Counted from the stretch's first letter, positions 37,823 to 50,587 are shown. The stretch: 60,000 nucleotides of DNA from Camelus ferus (GCF_009834535.1 NC_045698.1:4404001-4464000); one strand, 5' to 3'. Made by a program: numbers and translations. The notes: generated from the sequence alone by a model not told the origin.

Positions 37823-39837
37823 GCAAGTAGAAAGAACAGCCCTGGACTGTCAGGGACCTAGGGTGGACAGAGCCATCCCCTTCTTCTTGGAGCAGTGGAC
37901 ACCCCAAGGGCATTTCAGCAAGAACAGCTCGGCCACCCAGTGATTCACTGGGTGAGACTTAAACAGCCAATCCGAGGAGGACAGACAATCTATGAAAAGA
38001 TATTTGTTAGCCGCGAACTTGGGTGCAAGACAGGAGGCGAGAGGGGTTCTTTGTGGCCAGCTGCGTGCGGTGAGGACTGCTGAGACCGCGGACTGGCATT
38101 CACGCTCTGTCTCCCGGCTGCTGAATTGACTGAGTGGTGGGGTTTTGTGTTCATAATTCTTCCCAGGAAGAAGACGCAACAAAGGCCAGTCTGTTCCTTT
38201 GGGGTTTTGTCTGTTGTTTTTTGTAACAATTGCGACTTTCACAAAGAATAAGCAAAGTATTTGTACATGCCAAAAGCGTCAGAATATTTCGAGATTATTG
38301 TGAGCCTCTATTTGTCTGGAGGCTTTTAGTTCGAATTCTCAGGTCATACCATAAATTTTCAGTATTATAGAAAAGAATGATAGAATTTGTATTTAATGCA
38401 AAAAAAATCAGCCTTGACATTTGCTCCCACTTATGTAGAAATTGATGGCGACATTCCTGCAAAGATACATTTGCTTATGTTTAATGAAATAACATTGGAC
38501 TTTGATCTGGACCCACGTGATGATTATTATAAACATGTTAGGTTTTTGTGGTCTCTTTTAATCAGGTGTAATTGCACCACATAAGCAAAGCAGGAGAGAC
38601 GTGGGGAAGTTTCTAGAAGTCAGTAAATGGTGGTTTCCTTTCTTCTTTTCTGATTTTCCTTCACTCTTTAGCAGCTAATTAGAAGAAGCAGTACGTCCCT
38701 TAATCAGCAATGGAACAGTTCAGCCAGACAGAGGTCCAGAGGGGCAGGGAAACGCAGCAGATCTGGGCTTCTGGCTCCTCAACTGAGCCTTGGTCTGAGT
38801 CTCCACCGTTGGAAAGACGGATATTGGAAAGGAGCTGTAAGCTCTGAATTTAAACATGTGAAGCAGCCTTCCATTGCTGTTTGGGAGGGACTGGTGCCAT
38901 TCTCCCCATGAATCAGGATGTCTTAGTGGTGGGCTATGAGAGAGAGCTGGGGTTGGGGGATCTTTCCCACCAAGCCACACAGACCTGGGTGGCTGCCACC
39001 CTCACTGCCTGTCCAAAGGGATGGGTATGCAGCATGACCCGGTGAGGCCGCCAGTGGTGGGGCCTGGTTCCCTTCCGGGTCCCCTTACATAGACAGCACA
39101 GGTCCGCAGTGTGCTGTGACAGAAATAGTCCATGTGGGGAATGCCCAGGGCCTGTTGAGAGAGCATCATTAGCGTGCTCAGAAACATCAGGAGACCGTTG
39201 AGAGCAGTGTGAGTGCGCCTGTGAGTGGATGAAATTCAGGGTGTTTCCATCCCACCTACAAAACACGTGCATGAGATGCTCGGGAAGGCGGGCGAAGGGA
39301 AGTCAGGTGCGAGGAAATGTGCCCGGAAGGGCGGTTGCAGGAGATGGGCCATCAGGAGGCGTCGTGGAGAACGGCTGAGCCTGGAGTGAGAGACAGCACT
39401 CCCCTGACTGAGGGTCCAGCACCGCCCAACTTCCCCTGGTCCTCAGTCTGCCCACCCCCTCTGCTGCCAAGTAAACCCCATTGCCCAGGGCTCTCTGGAG
39501 AGTGACGGCCGGAGACACGGCCACCTCAGGTGCTGCCCGCTGGCTCCTTCTCGCTGCTGGTCTAGGGTCCCTGTGCCCACCCTCAGATGAATCAGACCTT
39601 TTGTCACCGCAGACCCAAATGCTCCGACTTTCAGCCCAGAGCACACCCAGTCACTGCGAGGGGAGCAGACCTGTCCCCATGGCCCTCACTCAACAGCAGA
39701 GATTGTATGAGGAAGCACTGGCCCTCAGCTTGACCCCATCCCTGGGACTCAAGGACAGGCTTCTGTCTCCATGTAAAAGGCTCCACCATCTTTTCAGAAA
39801 CTGGTTCCCTTGTGACATGAATTACAAGAAAGCCACT

Positions 39838-41903
39838 ATCCAAATTGGAAAAGAAGAGGTAAAAGTGTCACTATATGCTGACAACATGTTACTATATACA
39901 GAAAACCCTAAAAGGTCCACACAAAAACTACCAGAACTAATCAAAGAATTCAGCAAGGTAGCAGGTTACAAGATTAACGTTCAAAAATCAGTTGCATTTC
40001 TTTACAATAATGATGAATCAACAGAAAAAGAAAGTAAAGAAACAGTCCCCTTTAAAATAGCACCCAAAGTAATAAAATACCTGGGAATAAATCTAACCAA
40101 GGAGGTGAAAAACTTATACACAGAGAACTATAAAACACTGATGAAAGAAATTAAAGAAGACTTTAAAAAAATGGAAAGATATCCCATGCTCTAGGGTTGG
40201 AAGAATCAATATTGTTAAAATGGTCACACTGCCCAAGGCAATCTACAGATTTAATGCAATCCCTATCAAATTACCCAGGACATAGTTCACAGAACTAGAA
40301 CACATCATAACAAAATTTATATGGAACCATCAAAGACCTAGAATTGCCAAAGCATTACTGAAGAAAAAGAAAGAGGCTGGAGGAATAACTCTCCCAGACT
40401 TCAGAAAATACTACAGAGCTATAGTCATCAAGACAGCATGGTATTGGTACAAAAACAGACATATGGACCAATGGAACATAATAGAGAGCCCAGAAATGAA
40501 CCCACAAACTTTTGGTCAACTCATCTTCGACAAAGGAGGCAAGAATATACAATGGAAGAAAGACATTTCTCTTCAGCAAATGGTGTTGGGAAAACTGGAC
40601 AGCAGCATGTAAATCAATGAATCTAGAACACTCCCTTACACCATATACAAAAATAAACTCAAAATGGATCAAAGACTTAAACATAAGACAAGATACAATA
40701 AACCTCCTTGAAGAAAATATAGGCAAAACATTATCTGACATACATCTCAAAAATGTTCTCCTTGAACAGTCTACCCAAGCAATAGAAATAAAAGCAAGAA
40801 TAAACAGATGGGACCTAATGAAACTTACAGGCTTCTGCACAGCAAAGGAAACCAAAAGTAAAACAAAAAGACAACCTACGGAATGGGAGAAAATTTTTGC
40901 AAATGAAACTGACAAAGGCTTGATTTTCAGAATATACAAGCAGCTCAGATGACTTAATAAGAAAAAAACAAACAACCCAATCCAAAGATGGGCAGAAGAC
41001 CTAAACAAGCAATTCTCCAAGGAAGACATACAAATGATCAATAGGCACATGAAAAAATGCTCAATATCACTAATTATCAGAGAAATGCAAATCAAAACTA
41101 CAATGAGGTATCACCTCACACCGGTCAGAATGGCCATCATTCAAAAGTCCACAAATGACAAATGCTAGAGAGGCTGTGGAGAAAAGGGAACCCTCCTACA
41201 CTGCTGGTGGGAATGCAGTTTGGTGCAGCCAGTGTGGAAAACAGTATGGAGATTCCTCAAAAGACTAAAAATAGACTTACCATATGACCCAGGAATCCCG
41301 CTCCTGGGCATATATCCAGATGGAACCCTACTTCAAAATGACACCTGCACTCCAATGTTCATAGCAGCACTATTTACAATAGCCAAGACATGGAAACAGC
41401 CTAAATGTCCATCAACAGATGACTGGATAAAGAAGAGGTGGTACATTTATACAATGGAATACTATTCAGCCATAAAAACTGACAACATAATGCCATTTGC
41501 AGCAACATGGATGTCCCTGGAGAATGTCATTCTAAGTGAAGTAAGCCAGAAAGAGAAAGAAAAATACCATATGAGATCACTCATATGTGGAATCTAAAAA
41601 AAAAAAATCATAAATACAAAACAGAAACAGACTCATAGACATAGAATACAAACTTGTGGTTGCGAAGGGGGTGGGGGGTGGGAAGGGCCAGATTGGGATT
41701 TCAAAATGTAGAATAGATAAACAAGATTATACTGTATAGTACAGGGAAATATATACAAGATCTATGTGGTAGCTCATAGAGAAAAAAATGTGACAATATA
41801 CATATGTTCATGTATAACTGAAAATTTGTGCTCTACACTGGAATTTGACACAACATTGTAAAATGATTATAACTCAATAAAAAAATGTTTAAAAAAGAAA
41901 AAG
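39838..41903 (+). mobile_element. About 2.07-kb 5'-truncated L1 (RT end and C-terminal domain of ORF2, disrupted) with 3' UTR and A-rich tail
   Basis: [20 protein letters not shown] (RT YADD motif), [31 protein letters not shown]...SLICGI* (stop at 41597), with frameshifts and stops; G-rich 3' UTR; AATAAA at 41876. Confidence 0.97.
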
Positions 41904-42398
41904 AAAGTTGCCCCTGAGCTTGAAAGTAAAAAGTCAGAGTTTTAAGATGTATGTGTGAATATATATACACATCTATATATAAACACATACCCCTACTGCT
42001 GCAGGAGAGGAACTGGGAGCTATAATTAAAGGCATTCTGTGGTGGGAGGAAAGGGGAGTTAGAACAATATTTTGCCTCCAGGACAACACACTCTGTTCTG
42101 CATTGATGCTCTTTTGATAAAGCTGATCCTCCCAGCGCGGTGCGGGAGCGGGAGCGGGGCCGCCTTCCAGCATCAGGGACGGAGCGCCTTCCGGGGAGGA
42201 AGCCAGTGCCGGAGTCTGTGAAGACAGCAGCCCGTCTGTCCCTCCCTCCCTGAAAAGCTTGCCGACCACTGGACTCCGCCATCTGCTTTGTACCAAAGCT
42301 GTGATGTTCCGTGTCTCTCCTTACATCGGATTGATTCAGAAATCCCCGCCGCTTTGTGGGTCTGTAACAGAGAGGGCGGGAATCAGGATACTGCTGGG

Positions 42399-42431
42399 TT
42401 CTAACCTGGTCTTTCTATTCCTCTCATGCAG
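42399..42431 (+). promoter_or_regulatory. 3' splice site: branch point, polypyrimidine tract and AG
   Basis: TTCTAACCTGGTCTTTCTATTCCTCTCATGCAG directly before the coding exon. Confidence 0.9.
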
Positions 42432-42563
42432 GGGCGGATCTGTAGAAAAGCCGGCAAATCAAAAAAGTCCTTCAGTCGCAAGGAAGCTGAAGCCACCTTT
42501 AAGAGTTTGGTGAAGACTCACGAAAAATACGGCTGGGTGACCCCGCCCGTCTCTGATGGCTGA
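42432..42563 (+). CDS. UBE2QL1: Terminal coding exon (C-terminal 43 aa plus stop) of ubiquitin-conjugating enzyme E2Q family-like 1
   Basis: Phase-0 translation after the acceptor gives GRICRKAGKSKKSFSRKEAEATFKSLVKTHEKYGWVTPPVSDG-TGA. I recognise this as the UBE2QL1 C-terminus; the paralogues UBE2Q1/2 end KSLVQIHEKNGWYTPPKEDG. It is preceded by branch-point CTAAC (42401-42405), a pyrimidine tract and CAG (42429-42431). Confidence 0.93.
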   Translation, partial: GRICRKAGKSKKSFSRKEAEATFKSLVKTHEKYGWVTPPVSDG

Positions 42564-43658
42564 TGTCTGCGACATGCATTAGACGCTTAAGCCACCTCTC
42601 CACTCACACAGATACCCGACATCTCCTCCCCCACGCTGAGCATCCTTCATCCTTTTTTACTACAGCCAGAACTGAATCCTGAATGCCAAGGACACGTTTA
42701 AGTTATTTATGATCAGATGTGTTTACAGAGAGAAAGAGGGAGCAAACGCTGTTCGGGATTAAGTTTCGATTATAAATGAATGATCATCCCTAAGTCACTT
42801 TAGAACAAATGTCGAGAAGGTGACATCCCCCATCCGCCTGTCCCCTCCCCCAGCCCATCACTTTGCTCTCAGCTTCTTTCCATGACAGCAGCTCCAAAGA
42901 GCAGGCAGGAAACTCAACGCCCCTTGCTCCACCCGTTTACACGTAAGTGGCACCGTTCACATGTAATAGGTACGGCCCGCGTCGCCGGCACATGTTCGCT
43001 GGGCTCCCTGTCTCTTTCTCTCCCTGGCAGGTCGACGTAACTTGAAGACACGTCTTTCTGTGGCCCTGTTCTAGTGATTTAAAACCACAACTGCCCACTT
43101 GGTTACAACGTGCTCCCAGCGCTGGTGCCAGCGCCCTGGGGTGAAGGTGGGGGTGCTCAGGCCGGGAGGGCACACACATGGTGCAGATGCCGGGGCGGGC
43201 TCCCTGGGGCTCAGAGCATCCTCGGCGGTCGGATGCAGACAGTCTCTTCCGTTATCCTGAAATGCTCCTACGACCTTTGTGTCCCTGTCTTCTCTCTGCT
43301 GGTCAACCTACCACCAAAAGCAAAAGACAATGTCCCATTTGATGAAGTCACCTGACTCATTTTCTTATGTGTGCTCGTGACAGGGAATGCGAGAACTGCC
43401 AAAGGAGGCCCGGTGACCGTACGACGATTTGCATGACCCAGTAGTCACTGTTGTGTCCCCGAGGCTGGGATGCGTGAGTGCCCTCGCTATGATATAAACT
43501 TCTGTTATTTATCTCCCCACAATTTCATTTTCTCTTTTGTTCAGTTACTTAGAACTTTCTAAGAAACTCCATGAAATGAGGAAACACTGTTTATAATAAT
43601 GTGCGGAAAGAGGTTAAATGTTCATTCCAAGTGGAATAATCTTATTGGACACATTTGA

Positions 43659-43664
43659 AATAAA
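43659..43664 (+). terminator. Proximal polyadenylation signal AATAAA
   Basis: First AATAAA I find after the stop codon, in AT-rich context, with a T-rich tract near 43740. Confidence 0.55.
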
Positions 43665-45318
43665 ATCATGCATACCTGACACACGGCCTCACGGATCCAG
43701 TCATTGTGGGCTATCCTGCCATCTAAAACAGTTCAGCTGTTTTTTTTTTAATTTAATATTTCAAATAACATGACAGCCTCCTGCCACAAGGTGCAGGAAA
43801 AGGGTCTTAGGAAGCCATGGTCTTTGCAAAACTCCAGTGGATTAAAATGTCCCCAGAAGCAACCAGGGAGACAAGTAGAAACTGACTGGAAGAACTAAGG
43901 GATGATTTGGCCAAACTCGAATGTTGCCGGTTATATTTTACCACTTTGAAGGAAGAGGAATTTTCTTTGCTGATCATATTAAATTCTTCAGGCAGTGTTG
44001 GGCACTTACAGACCTGTTCACTGGTCCAAGGTGATCAGAGATCTGAATGACCTCACCTCAAAGGACAGGGGTCAGCTCCTCCCAGCACGATTAGTCATTC
44101 ACCAAATTGACCCTTTATTGCCACTTTTTTTTTTTTTTTTTTGCAACTTTCTTATGTGCCCCAGATACACATGTGGTTCTGTCTGGCCGAAATGCTTGAC
44201 CTCCTGCTCGAGTTCCCTCTAAGTAATAATAGTCATGAAATTCGATGACAATGAACTTAAAGCGTCCATTCACCTGATCCTCTGCTGCGGAATTCTCCAT
44301 CCTGGAAACCTGATGGTTAATGGATGGCCTTGGGCCCTTGGGCTCTTTGTTGTGCTGGAATTACAGGGTGGGTGTTAAAGGTCTAGGACAGAAACACTGG
44401 CTAGGGAGAGCGCCTGAGTTTCTTTCTTTCTAGAGAGTTTCCTTTTCCAATTTCAGAGTAAAGATAACTTTCTTTTAGGAACATAGTTATATACATGGAG
44501 AGAGAGCTATAAACCCAAAGCTGGGTCACTTCAGTGCTGGTCATCAGCTGACTGAAGAACGTGGCCAGAGCTGTTTCGGGTGTAACCAGGAGGTGACTGA
44601 TAACCTAAGGGTGGAATAGGTTACTGCCAACAGCAAGGGCGAGGCAGGCCTTTGGCTTAATTTCAACCTCTCTGTACACCCCAAATTTGACTTCTTTTGC
44701 ATGGCATTCCCATTAGGTTTAATAGAAACTGAAACTTATGGAGGAAATGGTAGTGAAGGAAATATCATTTCTCACTTAAATTGGTATGACTTTCTCATTC
44801 TAAAAGCAGCAGGGAATCATTTAAAAGTCAACTAGTGTTTTGACTCTTAGTCAGAAGCAGGAACTCCCTTCCTGGTGGCTGGAGGCAGACGCCGCTGCGT
44901 TGGTCCAACAGCAGAGCCAGGCCATGGACGTTTCCTGATGGCCCCGCATGTGGGGCCTGCCTGCCTCTGGAGCCCGGGGTCACGTTCCCACGCAGGCCAA
45001 GAAAGACAGCCCTCTCCAGACCAACAGCAGGACAGTGATGGGGTGGTGTGCAGACGTGCACATCCCACCAGCTCCACACCCCGCTTATCGATGGGGACTT
45101 GGATCCAGCCAGTGGCCACAGAACAGAGGGAAGGAAAAATACAGACGCACGCATGCGTCCGTGACCAGCCAGTGGTTTTCCTGGACAGACTGCCTTTGCT
45201 CCTGGGTGTCCCCTCCACAGCCGGCCCAGGGCAGTGCATGCCACCAGCATGGGCTCACTGGCTCTAGGACGATCACGAATGACTTCTGCTTAAGGAGGCC
45301 TCTGTGAGCAATAGGTTC

Positions 45319-45392
45319 CACACGCACATAGACACACACACACACGCGCACACACACATGCCAACACACACACGTGCACACACACACACACA
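45319..45392. repeat. Imperfect (CA)n repeat within the putative long 3' UTR
   Basis: Seen directly. Confidence 0.9.
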
Positions 45393-48046
45393 TTCCCTAG
45401 AAGACTCTCAATCTCTAAAATGTGTAACTCAGAAAGAAACAGGGTTTAGGCCTAAATTTTTCCAGCTCCCAAGTTCCCTCTATTTATCAGAATTCAATCT
45501 TATTTTTGGAGAGAAAAAATCTGTGGCTTGGTGAAAAGGACCCAATATAGAAAGGCAGATCTATGGACGCCTGCAGTGTCCGTGTGACTCTGGGGAGGTG
45601 GCGGGGGGGTCCCTTCACCTGCATGAGCCTTAGTTTCCTTGGCTGTAAAATCCTACCAGGTTGGTGAGAGAATTGATTTAAACAAAGAAGGAAAGTGCTT
45701 GGGAACCAAAACTTTTCATATGAAATTTACACGTGATTTTATAGTATGCGGAAATATATTAAAAAACTGGCTTTCAGTAGCTCACACTTGGATGAAGGCT
45801 CAGATTCGGCAATTACAATGGTTCAGATGCAATTACCTTGTAATCATACACTGGCTTTCTGTCCCCAACCCCCTACCTTAAGGCAATCAAACGAACTTAG
45901 TGACCTTCTCTTACCCACTCAGATACAGGGAATGTAGACATTAAAGACCCGGCTTCTCCCTGGAAGAACTCCCGAGATGAGAATAATGCACGGCAACAAG
46001 GAACGAGCGGCGCACACCAAAGGCAGCCGAATGCTCCGTTGTGTTGCAGCCGCTCGGGCCGTGGTGCAGGCACAGGGGCTCCCGGACCCGTGACTAGGGG
46101 AGACTCCACAGAGGGAGTCCAGTCTGAGTGACATCTGGGCAGGAGGGAAGGGCAGGTGTAGGGCACGGTCTCCATCGACACCGGCCCTGGAGGGGACAGC
46201 TGGGCGGCGACTTGCCACTACTCCCCTGCAAGGGCCCTGTCTGTCTGTGGATCCGATTTCAGGAGGCAGGACGCTGTCCCACCTCACAGCTTAACCATGG
46301 CCTGTGGGGCTGCCTCTTTCCCTAAAAATTGGATTTCTGTGTTTTATCTGAACTCTCTTAGCAGCAAGAATCGCAATGGAATTTGCTTTCTAAAGAAGCA
46401 AGGTGGCTTCCCAGCTGAAGTGCGGGTGGGCCCACTGACTCAGGGAGGCACTTAGCCTAACTGTGTGCACTTGCCAGGGAGGCAGCAAGCAGAGAGAGGT
46501 TCAGTGGCTTTTCCAAAGTCAGCTGAGAGGGGAAGCCACGGCCAGTCTTGGTAGTGCTTTCCGACCCTCCATGGACCGCCTGGCAATTCACGTGGCCACA
46601 CCCGAGCACACACCTTTGAGCCCACAGTTGGCTCTGAAGAGCCACAGGTCTCCCAAGCTGACTGGGAATCACCCGGAGTGATCCTCTCTGTGCATCAGGC
46701 AAGTCGGTGCAAAAGGCAGCTCCCACGCCCTGTTCTGGGGAGCTGTGATGAGGGGCTTGGAGCTCAACCCATGTGCTCACAATCAATACTTTTTTTCCTT
46801 CCAAAGACATGAAAGTAATATACAGCCGCATTCCTTAGCTTTATAGTATGTTCTACCTTATCTGTTGAATTTTTGCAGCCTCCAGTTTACACAGTATTGA
46901 GTTTCACTCAATCCCAGGGCCCATCTGACCCACAGGATGTGACCAACGAACTGGAAAGGCCAAATAAACACAGTTGACATCAGGAAAGGCAATGAGCAAT
47001 GTTAGCTCGGTTCCAGAAGAAACACAGGAGTGAAGTGAGCTGTCCCAAGAGTATTTGAATAGAGTGGAGATCCAAAGGGAAGCCAGATTTTATTGTGAGG
47101 TCACAGTAGGGCTAGACAAATAGCAGAGTGGCCCTGGGGGAAGTCTGGTTCCAAGGTCATCCTCTCGGGTCAGTAAGGCAGTATGTGGTGAGGAAATAAA
47201 TAACTTTCCACTGCAGATTCACTCTGTCTGTCCTGCAGGGTTAAAACAAGGAGATGCTTCCCCATTTCTTCCCCTGGAGGTCAATTGATTGGCTGCCCTA
47301 TTTAGTGTCTCTAGATCTTGGGTGACCACTGGTGATGACATGAATTGAGCTAAAATAGAGCTGCTGTAACCTGATGTGCTTGGTTTCACTTCCTGCTTGT
47401 CCCCTCTACCAACGTGATCTTTTTTGAGCGTCATCAGGGTTATGACCATGGTAAGATGCTAATCCACATGCCATAGGCTACTTAGTGCAAACTCTCAAGA
47501 CTGTCACCACAATGAACGTTGAGGCTTTGGTGTATAGTCTTTCCAAAGTTGTCCTAGTCTGTGATCCTCAAACGGAGAGGCAGGAGTTGCATGGACCATA
47601 AAATCAATAGGAAAGAAACGTCGACGATTGGAAGAGGGTGCATGCTTGAGTCACAGAATCTAGAGGCACTGTCCTCGTGGGCAAATGATGATTCTGAAAA
47701 GAAAGGCGTGAAAGCCAATAACTGTCTTTCCACAGAATGTTTGTTGCATCCTTGCATGGTCTGTGTTCCGTAGCTGTCAGAATTTCCCTGGGTTTCCGTA
47801 TGTGTTATCCTCTGTGGTCCATTGTGGGGGGCCCTCTGTCTCGTGGTGCCCTCCGACTTTCTGTGCTTTGATTTATCTGTGGTTTGCCAAATGAAAACTT
47901 TGACGCATGTCACGGGTATTCACTATAAAAATCAATGAACCGCAACTGAACCAAATCTAACTAAGCACCCATGTGACTTAGAAGATTTCTCTCTCAGCTG
48001 CCATGTACATTTTAAAGGTTTGTAAACATGTTTGCCGAAGATTCCC

Positions 48047-48052
48047 ATTAAA
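48047..48052 (+). terminator. Distal polyadenylation signal ATTAAA
   Basis: ATTAAA preceded by two TGTA (CFIm-type) elements at about 48004 and 48021, in AT-rich context typical of mRNA 3' ends. Confidence 0.5.
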
Positions 48053-48379
48053 GTTTCTCAACCTAATTGAAATTGTATGCTTAGCACAATGCTACGGCCT
48101 GCACTAATACTGAATCACAGAGACACTTTTCTGGGAAAACTGCTGTCAAGCAGTAATTTTGGGAAGTGGCAGTTTTCACACACCGTTAGCTCCACGTATT
48201 TAAAAGGGCGGCCAGCTTTCCGCGCTAGGAGGTAAGTCGGCTGTCCGTTTTTTATTCTAAACGGTTCATCGGAGAAACTTCTTGGCCCTTGTGTCGATAT
48301 TTGAGACTGTGTTCTGATCAAAACACATTTTTCTTTTCAGATCTGAAAATGGGACCATTTTAGTATTGAATAGGCGAAG

Positions 48380-48565
48380 GCTTTGGAGTCGAACACACTC
48401 CTCTGCCTCACGTCCCACGTGGATAAGGAACTTAGCCTCCCAGAATCTCGGTTTCCACTTTCCAAACTACAATTATGAAGTTACTATTTACAGAGGGGAG
48501 TGCCGTGACAAGACAAAGCAGTACGTGGGAAGCCCTCTGCCTGGCACGTAACTGACACTCAGGAC
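48380..48565 (+). mobile_element. Degraded MIR
   Basis: GGCTTTGGAGTC...ACTTAGCCTC...CTCGGTTTCCAC...TGCCTGGCACGTA. Confidence 0.6.
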
Positions 48566-50587
48566 AGCTTTCAGAAACCGCAGGATGGGTCTGGTGCGGT
48601 CAGGCTGACGGCGTGGGTCGGCTGTTAGGGTCGGCTTTAAGTTGTCCACTTCATCCCAGGTGAACTTGGGCAAAGGCATGGAAGGTTCTCCAGTAATTGG
48701 GCATTGGCTCTGCCTTTCACTTAGGCGACAGAGACGAACATGTGACCAATCACACACTCTCCCCCAGAACACATCCGCCCCCACGCCACCCAGCTGGGTG
48801 GGGGAGTTGGCTGCCGTGGCGTGGGTAATCTACGTCCAGCGACACGCTTTCCTTAAGGCAAAAGTTAAGGACCCAGCAGGACTGTAACAACACCCCAACC
48901 CTAAGGAGTCAGGGTGTGGTCTCTACGTCAGTAGGACAGGGACCTACTGTCAAAGCTGCATAAAATGTCTGCTCTTGACCTCTGCTGTGTTTGTCACTTA
49001 CGTGTTTGCCTTCAAGAGTTCTACTTCCAATCAAGAATAAACTTTGCCTGTTAGTGGAAACAAGTTATTTTTACTTGAACACAGGGGCAGGGCGGAGACA
49101 CTGAGGTAGGTGGGTGCACAATCTGTTGGCAAAAATGAAGTCTAAATCAACTGTTTTAGGCTGATATGCCTTCTAGGGCAGGGACTGTGTGTCACCCTGC
49201 AGGGACTGGTCTGCACAGAGGCAACCGACCAGCAGTTTTCTGAGCCATGAAAAGTTTTCTGATAAATAATTTTGAAGATGAAATCCAATCACATAATTCT
49301 GCACAGCTTGAATAAAATCTCCCATAGGAAACTATTCCTTTTTTAAAAAAATTCTTCTTCTTCTATATTTGCAAAGTTTTTAATTTCTCCAAGACCTTTT
49401 AGAACTCTGTCTTTATATCATCTCCACAGGCAATGCTGCCAGGTAGATTCACAGACGGTTCTATGCTGAGCTGAGAGATAGGAAATAAGCGTTAAAAGCT
49501 TAACTGGGTTTTCAAACCTGCTTTTACTTGCACATGGTCAATTACTTTTCTGCATCACTTAAACATTACATTAAGTTAATCCTAAAGCAACTTTTAAATC
49601 TCTAACCTCAAGGGGTATTTCTAGCAACAACTCTCCAAAGTTTACCTTTTTAAATAATACAGATCATTTTGCATTTGACAGTCTTTCTTATTTTTACCAA
49701 ATTCTGTGTATCTGCACACACACCCCTGATGTATGTAGTCTTAGTCTCATTGTTTCACAGGTTTCTTCTCACTTTAGTTTCTCCTTTTTATGGTGTTACT
49801 TTTCCATGAAGCATTAATTTCTGGAATGGCATACAATTGCGCGCAAGGCTATCTCCTCTCTTTTGCAATCGGGAGCCTCCCAGGGTCTCTGGTCTCACCT
49901 GCTGGGGGGCTGTGTCCTATGCCACTTGTCCTCAGAACCCTGAACTTCATGGCGTCCAGGGTAACAACTTTCCCACACTGAAATGGTGGGAATTGAAACT
50001 GTTTTTAGTAAATGATAGCTTGGAGCTTCCTCGGATTTTCTCTAGAAAGCTAGCTTTGGAAATAAAAGTAAAGGCTCTCCTAATCATCATGCCAATTATT
50101 TATTTAATAAATGAACTGGAAAGGGCCTTAGAGGTCGCTGGGAATGACCCGGGCCTTTAATTTGGTTCAGTCAGCACCACGCTCAGTCCTCAGCTCGGGG
50201 CCTGTTTGAACACACTTCCTTCCGATCACATAAAGGGTTTTGAAACTCGCCTGTCCCAATGACTTCTAACAGTGAAAGGATTCTATGACAAAAGAAGTGT
50301 AACCCAGAGACCTCACTTTTTTGAAGGGTGTTTTAAGACACAGGAAGTTAAATTCATAGTCCAGGCTTCCCATCTAATACAAATAACACAATAAAGCTGG
50401 GACCAGAGACGGGGAGCCTGTCATTTCTGGTCACACGGTTGTAGACGTGCGACATATATCTACATACACAGGCATGTGCGGCGCAGCTAAGAGCCAGGCG
50501 CTGTCTTGGAACATCAAGAAAAAATATATATATTTGGCATATATGTCAAAATGTAAAAATATATGAATTTAAATATATATCTATACA

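Larger units (their letters stand above)
1..42431 (+). other. UBE2QL1: Distal part of the long UBE2QL1 intron (exon 1 upstream of the window)
   Basis: No UBC-core exon is visible in any frame. UBE2QL1 is known as a two-coding-exon gene with a long intron, and the region is repeat-rich with no other recognisable exon. Confidence 0.75.
42564..48075 (+). other. UBE2QL1: UBE2QL1 3' UTR (short form to about 43685, probable long form to about 48075)
   Basis: Follows the stop codon, is poor in repeats, has AU-rich blocks and poly(A) hexamers at 43659 and 48047. The end points are inferred. Confidence 0.6.

Noticed and set aside
37896..37951. Possible cassette exon (GAGCAG...CACTGG/GTGAGA)
   Set aside because: Short pyrimidine tract, stop in phase 0 and no recognisable peptide; unsupported without spliced reads.
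39481..40194. 237-aa ORF that looks like a host-L1 fusion protein
   Set aside because: Starts at TTG. The first half is chance open frame in flanking DNA running into a truncated L1 ORF2 that frameshifts and stops at 40194.
40355..41095. 246-aa hydrophobic minus-strand ORF
   Set aside because: This is the familiar antisense frame of L1 ORF2, not a membrane protein gene.
42561..42590. Stop-codon readthrough of UBE2QL1
   Set aside because: The context is TGA-TGT, not the TGA-CTAG readthrough motif, and another stop follows after 8 codons.
50170..50190. REST/RE1 site (TCAGCACCACGCTCAG)
   Set aside because: The left half matches, but the GGACAG core of the right half has two mismatches.
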